DNA of 63,800 nucleotides, filler included, from Folioceros fuciformis (Eukaryota): NCBI GenBank assembly GCA_049999805.1. It is 4 parts of 4 records of this genome, joined end to end, with 100 filler letters (N's around TTAATTAATTAA, not from the genome) between each part and the next. Parts side by side here need not be neighbours in the genome. Positions count along the whole stretch, not along the records: positions 49,424 to 62,059 come from JBNGIO010006264.1; positions 62,160 to 63,800 come from JBNGIO010006332.1; 2 more parts are not named here. One strand, 5' to 3'. Shown piece by piece: positions 52,682 to 63,800 of this stretch (position 1 is its first letter; each line of letters starts with the position of its first letter). The notes under the pieces were generated by a model. It saw only the letters and a program-made list of their open reading frames with translations, ran no database searches and was not told where the DNA came from. The position numbers and the translations under genes were made by a program.

Positions 52682-54959
52682 AGTGGGTTCCAAGGTGAAG
52701 TAACTGGTGAAGTGGGTCACATCAACTTGTGCCCGTGCCCCAACCCTGAGGACCGTCCTCAACTGCAAAAGGCGAGACGGGCATACACGACACGTGAATT
52801 GAACCCACGGGAACCTCGAGACAGAGGTGTGTTCGCAGCACTGAGCTCGTTCCTCGGATCCCTGCCTCTTGGACATTGTTTTATGAGCCTTTGACTTGAA
52901 AAGTGAGCCGGATGCTCTCTGGCCATGCAGGGCCAGAAAGACAGACGAGAAGACTGCCCTGTCCACGCGACATGTTTCCCTGTCTGACGGTGGAATATTG
53001 TCTCCGATACGTAATTCCAGTTCCAGTGATTTGTGGCCAAAAGTGGCGGGCCGAGTGTCGAAAGATCCCTTCACAGCAAATCCACTGGATGACGAATAAA
53101 GAAGGGAGCTGGCCAATCTGGTGATCCCTCGTGGTCGGTCATCTTCCGGGCTTGCCCTCAATACAAGCCGGGCTGGGTGTGATAGGGTTATCCGCGAGTA
53201 CCTTCCAGCATGTGTTGTCCCAAAGGCGCCTAGAACCCTCGCCCCAACCGATGCAGATTCCTACACCAGGTACTCCGATGTCGTGTATGCTCTCCAAACT
53301 CTCTCCCCGCTGCATTTTTCCAAAGCTGATTGGCCGTCGAGGAACTTAGGTAGGGACCACTGGCTGTCACCCGTGCCTCCTCTCCCCACACTCCGTGTTC
53401 AATAAGTCCCCCTCTTTCAGGTCCCACTCGCAAACAAGTCCCTCTCCTCATCAGAGAAATGCATGCAAAAGAAGCCCTGTCAGACCAGCCAACCCCCTGG
53501 AGTCAAGCCTCGGAGTAAGAGATCCTCCTCCATTGGTCGGACTCAGACCCAGACTCCGCCTGCAGTCTGGAATAGTATGCCACAAAACGCGGAAGCCGCT
53601 CCTCCTCTCCATCCAGCAAGTTGCAGTAAACGATTCTCGACCCCGAGGTGATGAGGATTTGCACTGACGCGTAGTGCATCCGTCACGTCACGGCATCACA
53701 TTGGCAGCTGATGATTGTACACCTGCAGCGCACGACACATGTGCACCCCCCGCTTTGGGGCCAGGCCTACCGGCAGCTCGGGCTCAATTTCCCATACGCT
53801 CGTACTCTGCTCGGCAGACTGTACCAATTAAGGAAGCCGAAACAGTGGCCCATATCCCCACATCCCATATCCACGCAAGGATTGCCGAGGCTGGCAGTGG
53901 CTGCCCAGCCCGGTCCAGTGGGGTGTGGATAACTTCATCGGCAATGAAGAACTGAGAGAGACGGCAGTGTCGTCCCCTGCAGTAGAGCGCATGGAGGCTC
54001 GGTTTCACACGTCCCGTGGGCGGGCAGCAGGAGGACGTCCAAAGTTGCAGCCTGGTCGGGCCCCGCACGTCAGAGAGATGCCGCTTCTTTTCCTTTTGTG
54101 GCAACGTGCAAAGCAGACCGCGATACAGGGGAAGACATCCCAGGTGCCGACATGTGGCTTTCCCGTCAGGCTTTACTTCGCACATGGGCGAAAGAGGAGG
54201 CGTTGCTCTTGTGCGGCCAGCCTGGTGCTGGTGCTGGTAGCTTGAGCTTGACGCTGTCGTTGGATTTCTCGGCCCGCGCATTCGGAGTGGCCGCGGCATC
54301 TGTCACGCCACATGGGGCATATTCTCTCTAAACAACCTTACCTCAACCCAATAATGCTCGGCTGTCGCCATGCGCCAACCTCTCCCTTAACCTGCCCGCT
54401 GCTAGGCGGTTGCTCTGTCACTACACTTTGACATTTACCCTAAACATTAGCCTTAGATACATATAACGCCTCGAATTGAGGCTTTTCATCTATTTTCACG
54501 TGGTTAGATAATTTATGGTTATTAAATAAATTAAATAATTCATTTGGCTAATTATGTTCCAAGGATCCCACCCTCCACAAAAACTGACTAGCTGTTAGAG
54601 GAAAAGAATAAGCACGGGAAAGATCTGCCATTATTGAGCCTATTTTAGTAGTTGAATGGAAATGTTCTTGGACTAATGAAGCTAATGTTTGGGGTCCCCT
54701 ACTTCAAGTCAGTCCCTTGAGAACCGTTTCTCAAGGGACTGTTTCCCAATAATAACCTGTACCATGTTAAACAAGAAAGTTCTTATTATTGTTTTCCTCC
54801 ATATTTTATTAACAGGAGTCATAGAGTAATAGGCTTTCATCTCAGGAAGGCATGCTTCATATTTCCTCCTTTCTCCTAAAAAAGGAATGCGAAGTCTTCA
54901 TTCTCCTGATTAGGAGAAGTAGTATTTAGGAGAAGTAGTATGTGCAAGGACAAAGGGCC

Positions 54960-55878
54960 CTTCTCATGGACTTATCCATTCTCAAGTCCTATTAGGCATA
55001 CATCCAGTCTCATTCAGAAAATGGAGATGGCTCTTAGCTTTTGGCTAGACCTTGCATTCAAGTTACTTCGATTGCACCAGCAACTTTGGTGACCATAATA
55101 AGATTTTGCTGGGCTTGGCCTAATCTATGGCTTTTTCTCTCCACATATAGTCAGAAGGTTATCATTTACGAAATTGGGTCCCATCTTATATGTTATCCCT
55201 TGGGGGTATCACATTACCATACATGATGCTATTCGCAATGTCAAGCTAGAGAGTGTGGGTTTTTTTTTCTTATAGGGAGTGCTTACAAGTCTATACTATG
55301 CAATGAAGTGTTGCTCATAGTATAGCTCTTTTTCAACAAAGAGAAAAAGGTTTGTATCACCAATGTGGTCACAAATCCCACCAAGGATTCCGTTTGCCAA
55401 CACGTCATCACCAACCCTCTAGGTTAGGCATCCGAGGGATGCATAACAAGCAAGGTGCACATGTACTCTCCTTTGCAAGCCAACCATGGTTTCATCCCCC
55501 TTGTGCCTAAGACTTATGAAGCTATGGGCAAGGACTTTTCAAGGCCTATCAAGAAGTGTAAGAAAGCGTATCATAGTCATAGATGGGGTTCTCCCCCTTT
55601 CCTTATGGTAGCTTTCTTTTGACAAAGCATCTCCATAGCTCTAAGAAGGGTGCTAACCAATGTGGTTTATAAAATACTGACAAGTGCAACTACGATGGCT
55701 TCATTGGCACAAGTAACAAGTAGACCCTTTGTCATTACACATTATGACATCCTGGCAACGATAATTATATGAGGGTGATATGCGTGTAGGCTAGTTCACC
55801 TTTTTGCCCTTTGGCCCTCTTATGTCAATATTTGTCCTTATTTTGTACATGGATAAAGTTACTTTTTATTGTTAAAAA
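54960..55878 (+). mobile_element. Degenerate 3' half of CRE-like retrotransposon (copy 3)
   Basis: Nucleotide colinearity with 15800-16660 (LARPCIQ, THDAIR, KVHMY, FIPL, GKDFSR); shared 3' UTR TTTTTGCCYTTTGGCCC. Confidence 0.75.
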
Positions 55879-56299
55879 AGAGATGGAAAGTCCCATCTAC
55901 TCCGAAGATGAGGAGGAACAACTTGAGCAAGGACAAAGGTCAAAAGGGGGACTAGCCCATTCATATATCGTTCTCAAGACTTTCTCCCGCTCCCAAAATG
56001 TTGTGATGAGAAATGACAAGATGGTCCACAACCACCAATGCCGAAGAAGCCAATTAGCTTGCACTTGTTGCTGTTATATAGACCACATTTGCCAATGCTT
56101 TTTGCAAAGCAATGGATTCGGGTGCAAACGGAGGTTGGAGGGGATTCACGGATAACCTGTGAGATGGAAGGTAGGGAAGAAGAGGAGCATCTGGAGGGGG
56201 AGCCAGATCACCCTGACTTCGACCAAGCAGTATTAGTGTATATCTCCATACCAAACCAACAATCGGTTGCTTTGTCCTTCAGAGTTGCGTCACCGTGTG

Positions 56300-57430
56300 G
56301 GTTTCTAGAAGGACAGGCTAGAGAGGAGTTTGTGTTTGGCAATGGAGTCCTACGTCGAATCATGGTTCTGTATCCCTCAACTCGAGCAGGTAGGTGACTT
56401 ACCGTTGACGAGATACCAAGTGGTCATTAATCTGCTTGCAACCAAGAGCATGTGTTGGTTTCGGCTTGCGAAGAACTCTAACCTCACTATGAGGCCTGAC
56501 CTGTGGCACTGGTCCAAGTGCCTGTGGTGGTTCTAGTGATAGTGTTCGCACTCTTTCTTTAATGTGTGCACCGCAAATATCCACCACTAGCTCATCAAGA
56601 AGCAAAGGAGTAGCAAGCATGAACCAGTGGCCTCGAGGTATAGGGTTTTCATTGCCCAAAAACACTCGGCTCTCAAACTCCTTTGGATGGCCATTGGCAT
56701 TCCTGCAAAGGTCAAGTTCCTTGTCAGGTGTTTGTTCCAAATTTGATTACCTATAGCGGATCGGTGGGATGGGTTGCTAGTGGCAGCAGGCAAGGAATTT
56801 TGTGAGATGTGCCCCCTTGGTGCTCCTAACAAAAGCCAGCATTTGTTCTCCCGGTGCGCCTATGCTCAGGAAGTCTGGGGGGAAGTCTATAGATGGTTGC
56901 AGCGCCTCTTTCTAGCGGCGAACGTTTTTGTTACAGTGCAGACATCTATCTTTGGCCTTGGATAGTAGTTTGGCAAGCCTCTTTTCCGATTCCAATGGTG
57001 GGGCCTACTGTGGAGCTCTTGCCTCTACGTTCTATGGTTAAACAAGATAGCGATGGTGTATGGTGGTAAGGATTCATTCTCAGTCAAGGCCATGCTCTAG
57101 ACTATTTGGGGGTAGGTACTAATTGTGACATAAGGGACAAGTGCCAACTCGCCTAGGAAATTCAAACGCAGCGTCTAGCGTTGAGCTGGTTTTCTCATTC
57201 CGGGAAATGAGATGAGATGGAACCCCCTATGCCCTTGGAGGACGTAAGACCTTTGGTGTGTCACTAGTGCGATGGTGGGATCTATCTTGTCGATACATCG
57301 CTTCTCCAGGATTGCTATCTCAAGGGCTTTATCAAACTTGTCTGAAAATGCTAGCCGCATAGAACATCCATTCCTTGCCTAGCATCTTGTATTCCTTTCT
57401 CCAGCACAAGTTGTTATAATCTGACCTTTT
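56300..57430 (+). mobile_element. L1/LINE 3' remnant (zf-RVT region)
   Basis: LWMAIGIPAKVKFL..LP..CEMC..QHLFSRCAYAQEVW; multiple stops. Confidence 0.6.
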
Positions 57431-59965
57431 TCCACAAAACAAAGAAGAAGCAATGGATACACGTTATCGGCCACCACTGAGGAAAGAAGAAGAACCCCAT
57501 TTCTCTAATTATAATACACCTTTGCGCACTCGTTAAGGAACCTTGAAAAGTCCTTGCTCATGGCCCCATGGGTCTTAAGCGCAAGCGGATGAAAATATAC
57601 CCCTTGTGCAAGGAGAATACTTTCTCTATTTCTCAGCGTCGAGAGAGAAAACTTATTTTTTGGGGTAGATGCGACATCCATCTCGTTTTCAATAAAATAT
57701 ATGACATTTTTGAAGAGGTTCTATAAAACATATATTTGAGACCCCAAATATATTTATTCCAAAACCCCTTTAAAATTTTGAAGTATGAAATGGATCAAGT
57801 TTGTCTATAGATAAGGTTTCCACCCTAAATCCAAACATGTTTGGTAATTTTCGATATTGTGGTGGTTTTTTGCATGCTTTTGTTAGTATAAAAAGTTTGA
57901 AAATGTGCACATCGGATGCAAAAACCCCTGCCTGTAGGTTATTACAGGACATGATTCTCCATGTCTATTCCTATTCTTTGTTCTCTAATACTCGTGATTT
58001 TAGCTTATGTCACATTCATTACAAAATGATTGTGTTTAGCATATAATTCGCACTGGAGGCTGAGGCACACAGAAGTGTGCACCAACCACCATGCACGGCA
58101 CACCCAAGTGTGCACTATGCCTTATACATTATGGTAGAATCGCCAGTTAATCGCCAATTCTGCTTGCAACTGGGCCAGATGTATCGCCAGTTAATCTTTG
58201 AGAGCTGCCTTCCACCACGACTTCGTTATCCTGTATATCATCAGCAACAACTAGTTGTTCACATGTCGCCCATGAAAGTGGACGACTGTCCACTCCCATC
58301 ATGGAACCCCCAAGTATGACCTGGTCTTCTAGTTTGCTCTCAATAACCTACAATTATTATTGTAACTCATATAACTTAGTTTTGACGAGCTACTGCATTT
58401 GTAATTGCAAAGTGCTATCGTGTGTCGAAGAGAATCTATATGCCAATGTAAATGTTTCAAAAATAATAAGTTGATCTAGTTTAGTGGAATGGCAATTGCG
58501 TTCCCATCTTCCCATTTGTTTCAACGGGAGTATCTCCTTCAGGAGATATCTTCCTTTGAAGGCATTAACATTTTCCAGCGTCGACCATTGTATCAAAAGG
58601 GATGGTTCAATTGATGTGGAATCGACATCTTCGACCTGAGCAATCCCAAAAGGCCAATTTTGGTCACAAGACACTGCGATTATATCACCTTGTTTGATTT
58701 CTACTACATGGCCTTCAAAAGCCTGGCTCCCTCCAAGTGCGCTATCACGGTGGGTTGATAGAGTCTAAGATACGTATGTCTTGGCTTCGGCGGGCTTTGA
58801 ACCACTTCACGTTCGTTTTGAACACGACATTTATTTTCTAGCACGGTATGGTTTGTCATTTGCTCCCTATTGTACCACACCCACAGATTGTTCAATTGTC
58901 AATGCTTTCCATGGATGAAATTATGGCAAATAGCATAGGCTCTTTTAGGACTTTTCTAATATGTGCTAAACATGTAGTGGATTTGGGTCCTATTGCTTGC
59001 CATGAATCAAAAGCGGACAAAGTGGTGCACCCACGATAGAAAATTTGGTGTAAAAATTTGTAAGAATTTGGTGTAAAAATTTAAGACCTTTCAGTGATTC
59101 CCATTAGCGAGATGTTGATAGTTACTTTCCACATAGAACCGTCACCATCACCCCTCTTTGGCTGTAGCAATGAGATTTTTGTGTTCAATGGATCAACCTA
59201 GTGCATTTGAACAAGAGCTATATGTCTCATTTGCATGTTATTTCAATCTATTCTTGCCTCAGAAAAAAAGACGTTTGCAAATACACGTTGGACTAACTGT
59301 CGACCTTCTCAAAACCTCAACCTGGAAAATGGCAAGTTTTTGGAGGGTATGGAGATGACATAAGCGAGGTGGAAGAAACAAAGGACGGGTGTCAGGAGAG
59401 ACTTGATGTGTTTGATATAGCGTTTAATTACAAACACAAAATAGTTATAGCTGAAAATGAAGGTTTGGGAAATAAGAGTGATTTCTAAAGGCAAGGAATT
59501 CTCAATAACATAGTTTTAAGCCAGTTCAAAATTTATCGAGAAAAAAGACACTTTGCTATCGAAAGATGGCAAAGCCCAGGGTTATATATGTGCAGTCCTA
59601 CTCCACAATAAGGTGCAATGGAACACTATCTCAGCACCTATCTTGTTTCTTGTTAGCAAGGTTTTTGTGATCTAGCATTGCTAGCCACCTATGTGCCACT
59701 TTTACAGGTTTGTAGTTGAGCCTTGATGCATGTGTTACATGTTTTCCCTTTGACCAAAGTTGTAGGAGTACAGGTCTTGTCACCCTTTGAGTTGTAGGGT
59801 CACAATAATATCGGTAGCTATGTGCTATGCTTTCTAGCTGAGTGTCACAACTCTAAATTCTACATATCTCATGTTCCTTGCATTTGTATTAGGAGGGAGG
59901 GTCACTGAATACTTATCTTCACTCGACAAGACAGATACTTTAGCAAGGATTTGTGTGCAGAAGAA

Positions 59966-60439
59966 ATGGATGATCTACATGGTGCAAATATGGCTTTGAG
60001 CCAAGAAACAGTGGATGAGCTACATGGTGGAGATGTGACTCTTCAGAAGTGTGATGGCAAGGAAACAAAAGATTGCACTATTTGTTTGAATTTGATTCTA
60101 AAAGACGAAGAAGTCATTATGGTGAATGTATGTGGGCACCGTTTCCACAACAAATGTTTGGTGCCTTGGCTTGCAAGAAATCACTCCACATGTCCCAACT
60201 GCAGAGCTAATATACGTCTTTCAAAGGACACTGTTGACAAGAACAATGTTGCTGAAAACCAAGTTGAGGAGGAGGATGAAGATGAGGGGGCCTTGCTAAG
60301 CAGTGTCTATTGGAGTCAGGTAATACCAGGTAATGAAGATGGAGATGACGAGGTGGATTCGGGGATGAGCTTAAGAGTTGACGTGACAGATTTTTGGAGT
60401 GAGATGGGATTGTTTCTTAGCGCTTGGGAAGAAAGTTAA
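59966..60439 (+). CDS. RING-H2 zinc-finger protein with acidic tail (possibly partial)
   Basis: CTICL..VCGHRFHNKCLVPWL..TCPNCR; in-frame stop upstream at 59906. Confidence 0.7.
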   Translation: MDDLHGANMALSQETVDELHGGDVTLQKCDGKETKDCTICLNLILKDEEVIMVNVCGHRFHNKCLVPWLARNHSTCPNCRANIRLSKDTVDKNNVAENQVEEEDEDEGALLSSVYWSQVIPGNEDGDDEVDSGMSLRVDVTDFWSEMGLFLSAWEES

Positions 60440-62161
60440 GGATTATGGAAATTCACGACGACGACAACAAGGTACAAAGTTAAAAGAGATGAGGAGCATT
60501 TTGGGATGGAGGTAACTCCGATGAGTGATAAAAGAGATTACTAGGTTTCTATCAATCTCCTATTGGTGCTATCCCTCTCCCACCATTTTTTTAGTTAGGT
60601 CTTGTGTGGTTAGCAAACTTCTATTCTCTAGGCTAAGTATTTTTGTAGTTGTCATTCGCCTGAATAAGGGGTCCTAATTTTGTTACAAAAAGCTTTCATC
60701 GATCTCTTTGCTATGCTTTGCTCTTTCTTGTAAGGGCTCCAAATTTTGGTACAAGCCGCTTCAGTCCAGGATGTGATACGGGCACGAGATAGTTTCATGT
60801 AGACAGTCGCAGGATGTAGTCCTCACGGGCATGGGCTGTGCATGGGGTCTCGAAACTTCCTTACTTGAAGGTCGTTCGTTTCGGAGCAGCTCACCGAACT
60901 TTGCGATCCCGATGTGATCCCTTACCGCCTTTTCCCAACTCGATTCGTTTTCCCCTCTTCAACGGTCTCCTCCTCCTTCTTTCCGGAAGGGCCGTGGCGC
61001 AGTGCAGAGTGCAGTGCGGTCATTGAAGCTTCCTCGCATGTACTTCTGGAACCCACACGAGACTAACGAAACATGCCATGCTCCTCCACTGGCCGGCCTT
61101 ATCGTTCAAGTTTGCTTGGCAGCAGGAGCGACAGATGGCAGGCCCTGGACGCTGGAGGCACGCAACAACGGGCCTTGAATGCAGGGCAGGGCAGGGCAGG
61201 GCAGCGCAGGCGGGGCCGGGCCAGGGCCAGGGAGGTAGGGGCCCCCCCTGGGGTCCTGAGCACCGGCTCTCACGACCTGTCCTGGCTTACCCGGTCCCGC
61301 ATCAGATAAGGCCCACCTGCTTTCCACGTTGCAGGAACCGGCATCCCGACAAACCGGCTATCTCCCACTTGCACAATTACTCCCCCGTCCCACGTACATA
61401 CGGACGCGGAAGAAGATACTCCGCTCTACTCTACGGTACTCTCTACTCTACGCTACGCTACGCGGCGCGGGGCTCGACCATTGATTCCAGTACAAGCCCG
61501 CGTGGTGCGTCCTCCTGTCCCCGGTTGGGGCAGGGGGGCAGCGGACCAGCGGCCACGGGGGCCCGGACCCGGACCTGGTCCTGCGGGAGAGCCACTGGCC
61601 CGGGGCAGCTCGATCTAAGATATTTCTTCGCGGCGGAGATCGTGTCACAAGTGAGAAGAGCGCGCGGGATTCGATCCGTGACCTGCCAATCCCGACGCGC
61701 ACGCCCTAACCAACCCGCCACACGCCGCACGCTTAACACAGCTCTGAGGCCAGCCAGGCGTAAAGCGTACACGGAGCGTGGGAGCGAGGGTTGCCGGGAA
61801 ACTGTACTGTACTGTACACATATATTAGCATTTCACGGCACATAAAGTCTGATTCCCGACCTCGCTGTCTCGAGCGGCGAGCCCGGGCGAACTTCATTTG
61901 CTAAAAGTTTCGGCCCGGGTTCGAATCCCGGCGTTCTCTTTTGAGCAGCCAGCAGCAGCGCCGTAGCTAGCACACACTTGCTTCCGGCCCCCCGCACGGC
62001 CTCACAGTCCGCCGCCACGTGCCGGGCAGGAAGAAGCGCCTTCCCACATGGCCACATGTNNNNNNNNNNNNNNNNNNNNNNNNNNNNNNNNNNNNNNNNN
62101 NNNTTAATTAATTAANNNNNNNNNNNNNNNNNNNNNNNNNNNNNNNNNNNNNNNNNNNNAG

Positions 62162-63800
62162 CTGCATCATGGGAGGAAATTGGAGCTGTTGAACGTCCTT
62201 CATGTCCCGGCAGTGACGAAGAATTTGTTATCTGTTCGTAGGCTTACTTCAGATACTGGCATGCAAGTTAATTTCCGTGGAGAGAAATGTACAATCACCA
62301 ATGGTGCACAACCAGATGAGGTGTTGGCTGAAGGGTATTCAGTCAACGATATTTACCAGCTGAGTGTAGTTGGGAGTCGCTTGCCCATATTACATGTTGC
62401 TGGTGTATCTACAGGTCTCTCCCCTAGTGAGACTGCCATGCTTTGGCATCCACGCTGTGGTCACCCACATGAACGAAAGCTGTTATCAATGGCCAAGAGT
62501 TCTCTCTATTCAGATGGCATACCAGGTTCAGTGGGGGCTCTACCTTTGTGTGAATCCTGCATTTATGGCAAGCATCATGAGTTTGCATTTGACAAGGATG
62601 GAGCTCATCGTGCCTCTGCACCCCTGGAGTTAGTCCATTCGGACATTTGTGGCCCTATTTCTGTACCGTCGATTGGTGGAGGTGAATATTTTTTGACGTT
62701 CATCGACGATTTCACCCGCTATTGCATTTTGTATATCCTGAAATACAAGAGTGAGGCACTTCAGCGCTTTCAAGATTATCTGTTGATGGGAGAACGACAG
62801 ACTGGCCACAAACTTCGATGCCTAAGATCCGACAATGGTGGGGAGTATACCTCAGGGGCCTTCCATGCATATTGTCGGTCTCTCGGCATCCAGAGGCAGC
62901 TTACAGTTCCGCATATAGCTCAATTAAATGGCGTGGCTGAAAAGAAAAATCAGTTGCTTCAGGAGACTGCTAGAGCACTGCTAAAACAATCTCGTCTGCC
63001 TCGAGGTTATTGGGCTGAGGCCATTAACACAGCAAACTATTTATTGAACAGACTACCTACTCGGGTTGTACCTGGTCAGACCCCGTTTGAGGCATGGTGG
63101 GGCAGGAAGCCTGCACTCCAACACCTTCGAATCTTTGGTGCACCTGCTTACGCCTTTGTTCCAAAGCCCAAGCGAAGAACCAAGCTGCATGATCGAGCAC
63201 ACAAGTTAGTGTTCATTGGATATACGGATGGTATAAAGGCCTATAAATTGTATGACCCTGCAACACGTGATGTCAGTCATGCTAGAAGTGTGTTGTTCGA
63301 TGAACGAAGGGTAATGCGGCCACCTACAGCCACTCTTGACACTGGCAGTGATGTAGAGCAAATACCAGCTGTGGTCACCGAACATGATGAGGAAGAAGAC
63401 TTGCTTGAGGACCTTCAGGTGTTGAGCCAAGTTGATGTGGATACTCTGGAAGTGTCTAATTTTGATCAGTCAGGCGAGGACGATGAAAACATGCTGGAAC
63501 CAGATGCAGACGATGATTTATCTCTAGAACATGATCCTGGCGATCTGGAGCATGTACCTGAAGTGGGGGCCAAAGTTGATGACGATGTCGGTTTGGATGG
63601 AGCTGAACAGCCACCTGAAGAGCAGCCTCGGAGGTACAGTTTGAGAGAGAGGAATAGACCGTGGAAGGAGCCTCCTTTGGAGATGGAGGACTGGCGGCCT
63701 GCAGTGACACGCAAATCTAAGTCTAGAAAGCAGAAAAGCAACAAGGATCAGGGCAGTACATCTGCTGCTACTGATGTGCCACCAGTTGGGGCACCTGGAT
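62162..63800 (+). mobile_element. Ty1/copia pol fragment (GAG-pre-integrase, integrase, acidic linker), open frame
   Basis: LHVPAVTKNLLSV, LWHPRCGH, CESCIYGK, LELVHSDICGP, FIDDFTRY, LRSDNGGEY, NGVAEKKN, VFIGY..KAYKLYD; no stop seen between the gap and the window end. Confidence 0.93.

Noticed and set aside
52700-54330. Possible decayed minus-strand gene (e.g. IVYCNLLDGEEERLPRFVAYYSRL)
   Set aside because: Fragments look coding-like but could not be joined or assigned to a family
54419-58979. CACTA element (CACTACA at 54419; TGTAGTG at 58973-58979)
   Set aside because: Only 7 bp of inverted match and the 3-bp flanks differ (TGT vs GAT)
61181-61250. G-quadruplex-capable (GGGCA)n tract (another at 1-24)
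   Set aside because: Simple repeats in GC-rich DNA with no evidence of function
61870-61940. Canonical tRNA gene
   Set aside because: T-arm only; no D-arm/A-box or proper anticodon arm

Overview
Gene-dense eukaryotic DNA with short (~90-130 nt) introns, consistent with a compact non-seed land-plant genome (hornwort/lycophyte-like; this is inference). It contains three scaffold gaps marked by N-runs with a TTAATTAATTAA linker. Recognisable genes: a WAK-like kinase, an unrecognised 7-exon gene, a decayed alpha/beta-hydrolase-like gene, GBA2 (GH116), an apparently damaged PSF2/GINS2, a CERK1/LYK-type LysM receptor kinase, PsbQ, an ABC1 kinase, two paralogous intronless beta-trefoil-like genes, a UBC23/24-like E2 lacking its catalytic Cys region, WOX13-clade homeobox, a chloroplast NAD(P)-binding protein, E2F (two U12-type introns), exon 1 of MAP1A, NAR1 and a RING-H2 ORF. 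Mobile DNA includes a nested Ty1/copia cluster (14.6-25.6 kb), an open-frame copia at the right end, three copies of a CRE-clade (RLE-endonuclease) non-LTR retrotransposon, a pogo-like DNA transposon and an L1 remnant. The best novelty candidates are (i) the pair of GC-rich beta-trefoil-like genes of possible microbial origin, separated by a direct-repeat-bounded AT-rich block carrying a pseudo-E2, (ii) a CRE-like element inserted with a 9-bp duplication into an LTR-derived tandem array, and (iii) the orphan 7-exon gene. All family assignments are from motif recall, not database searches.
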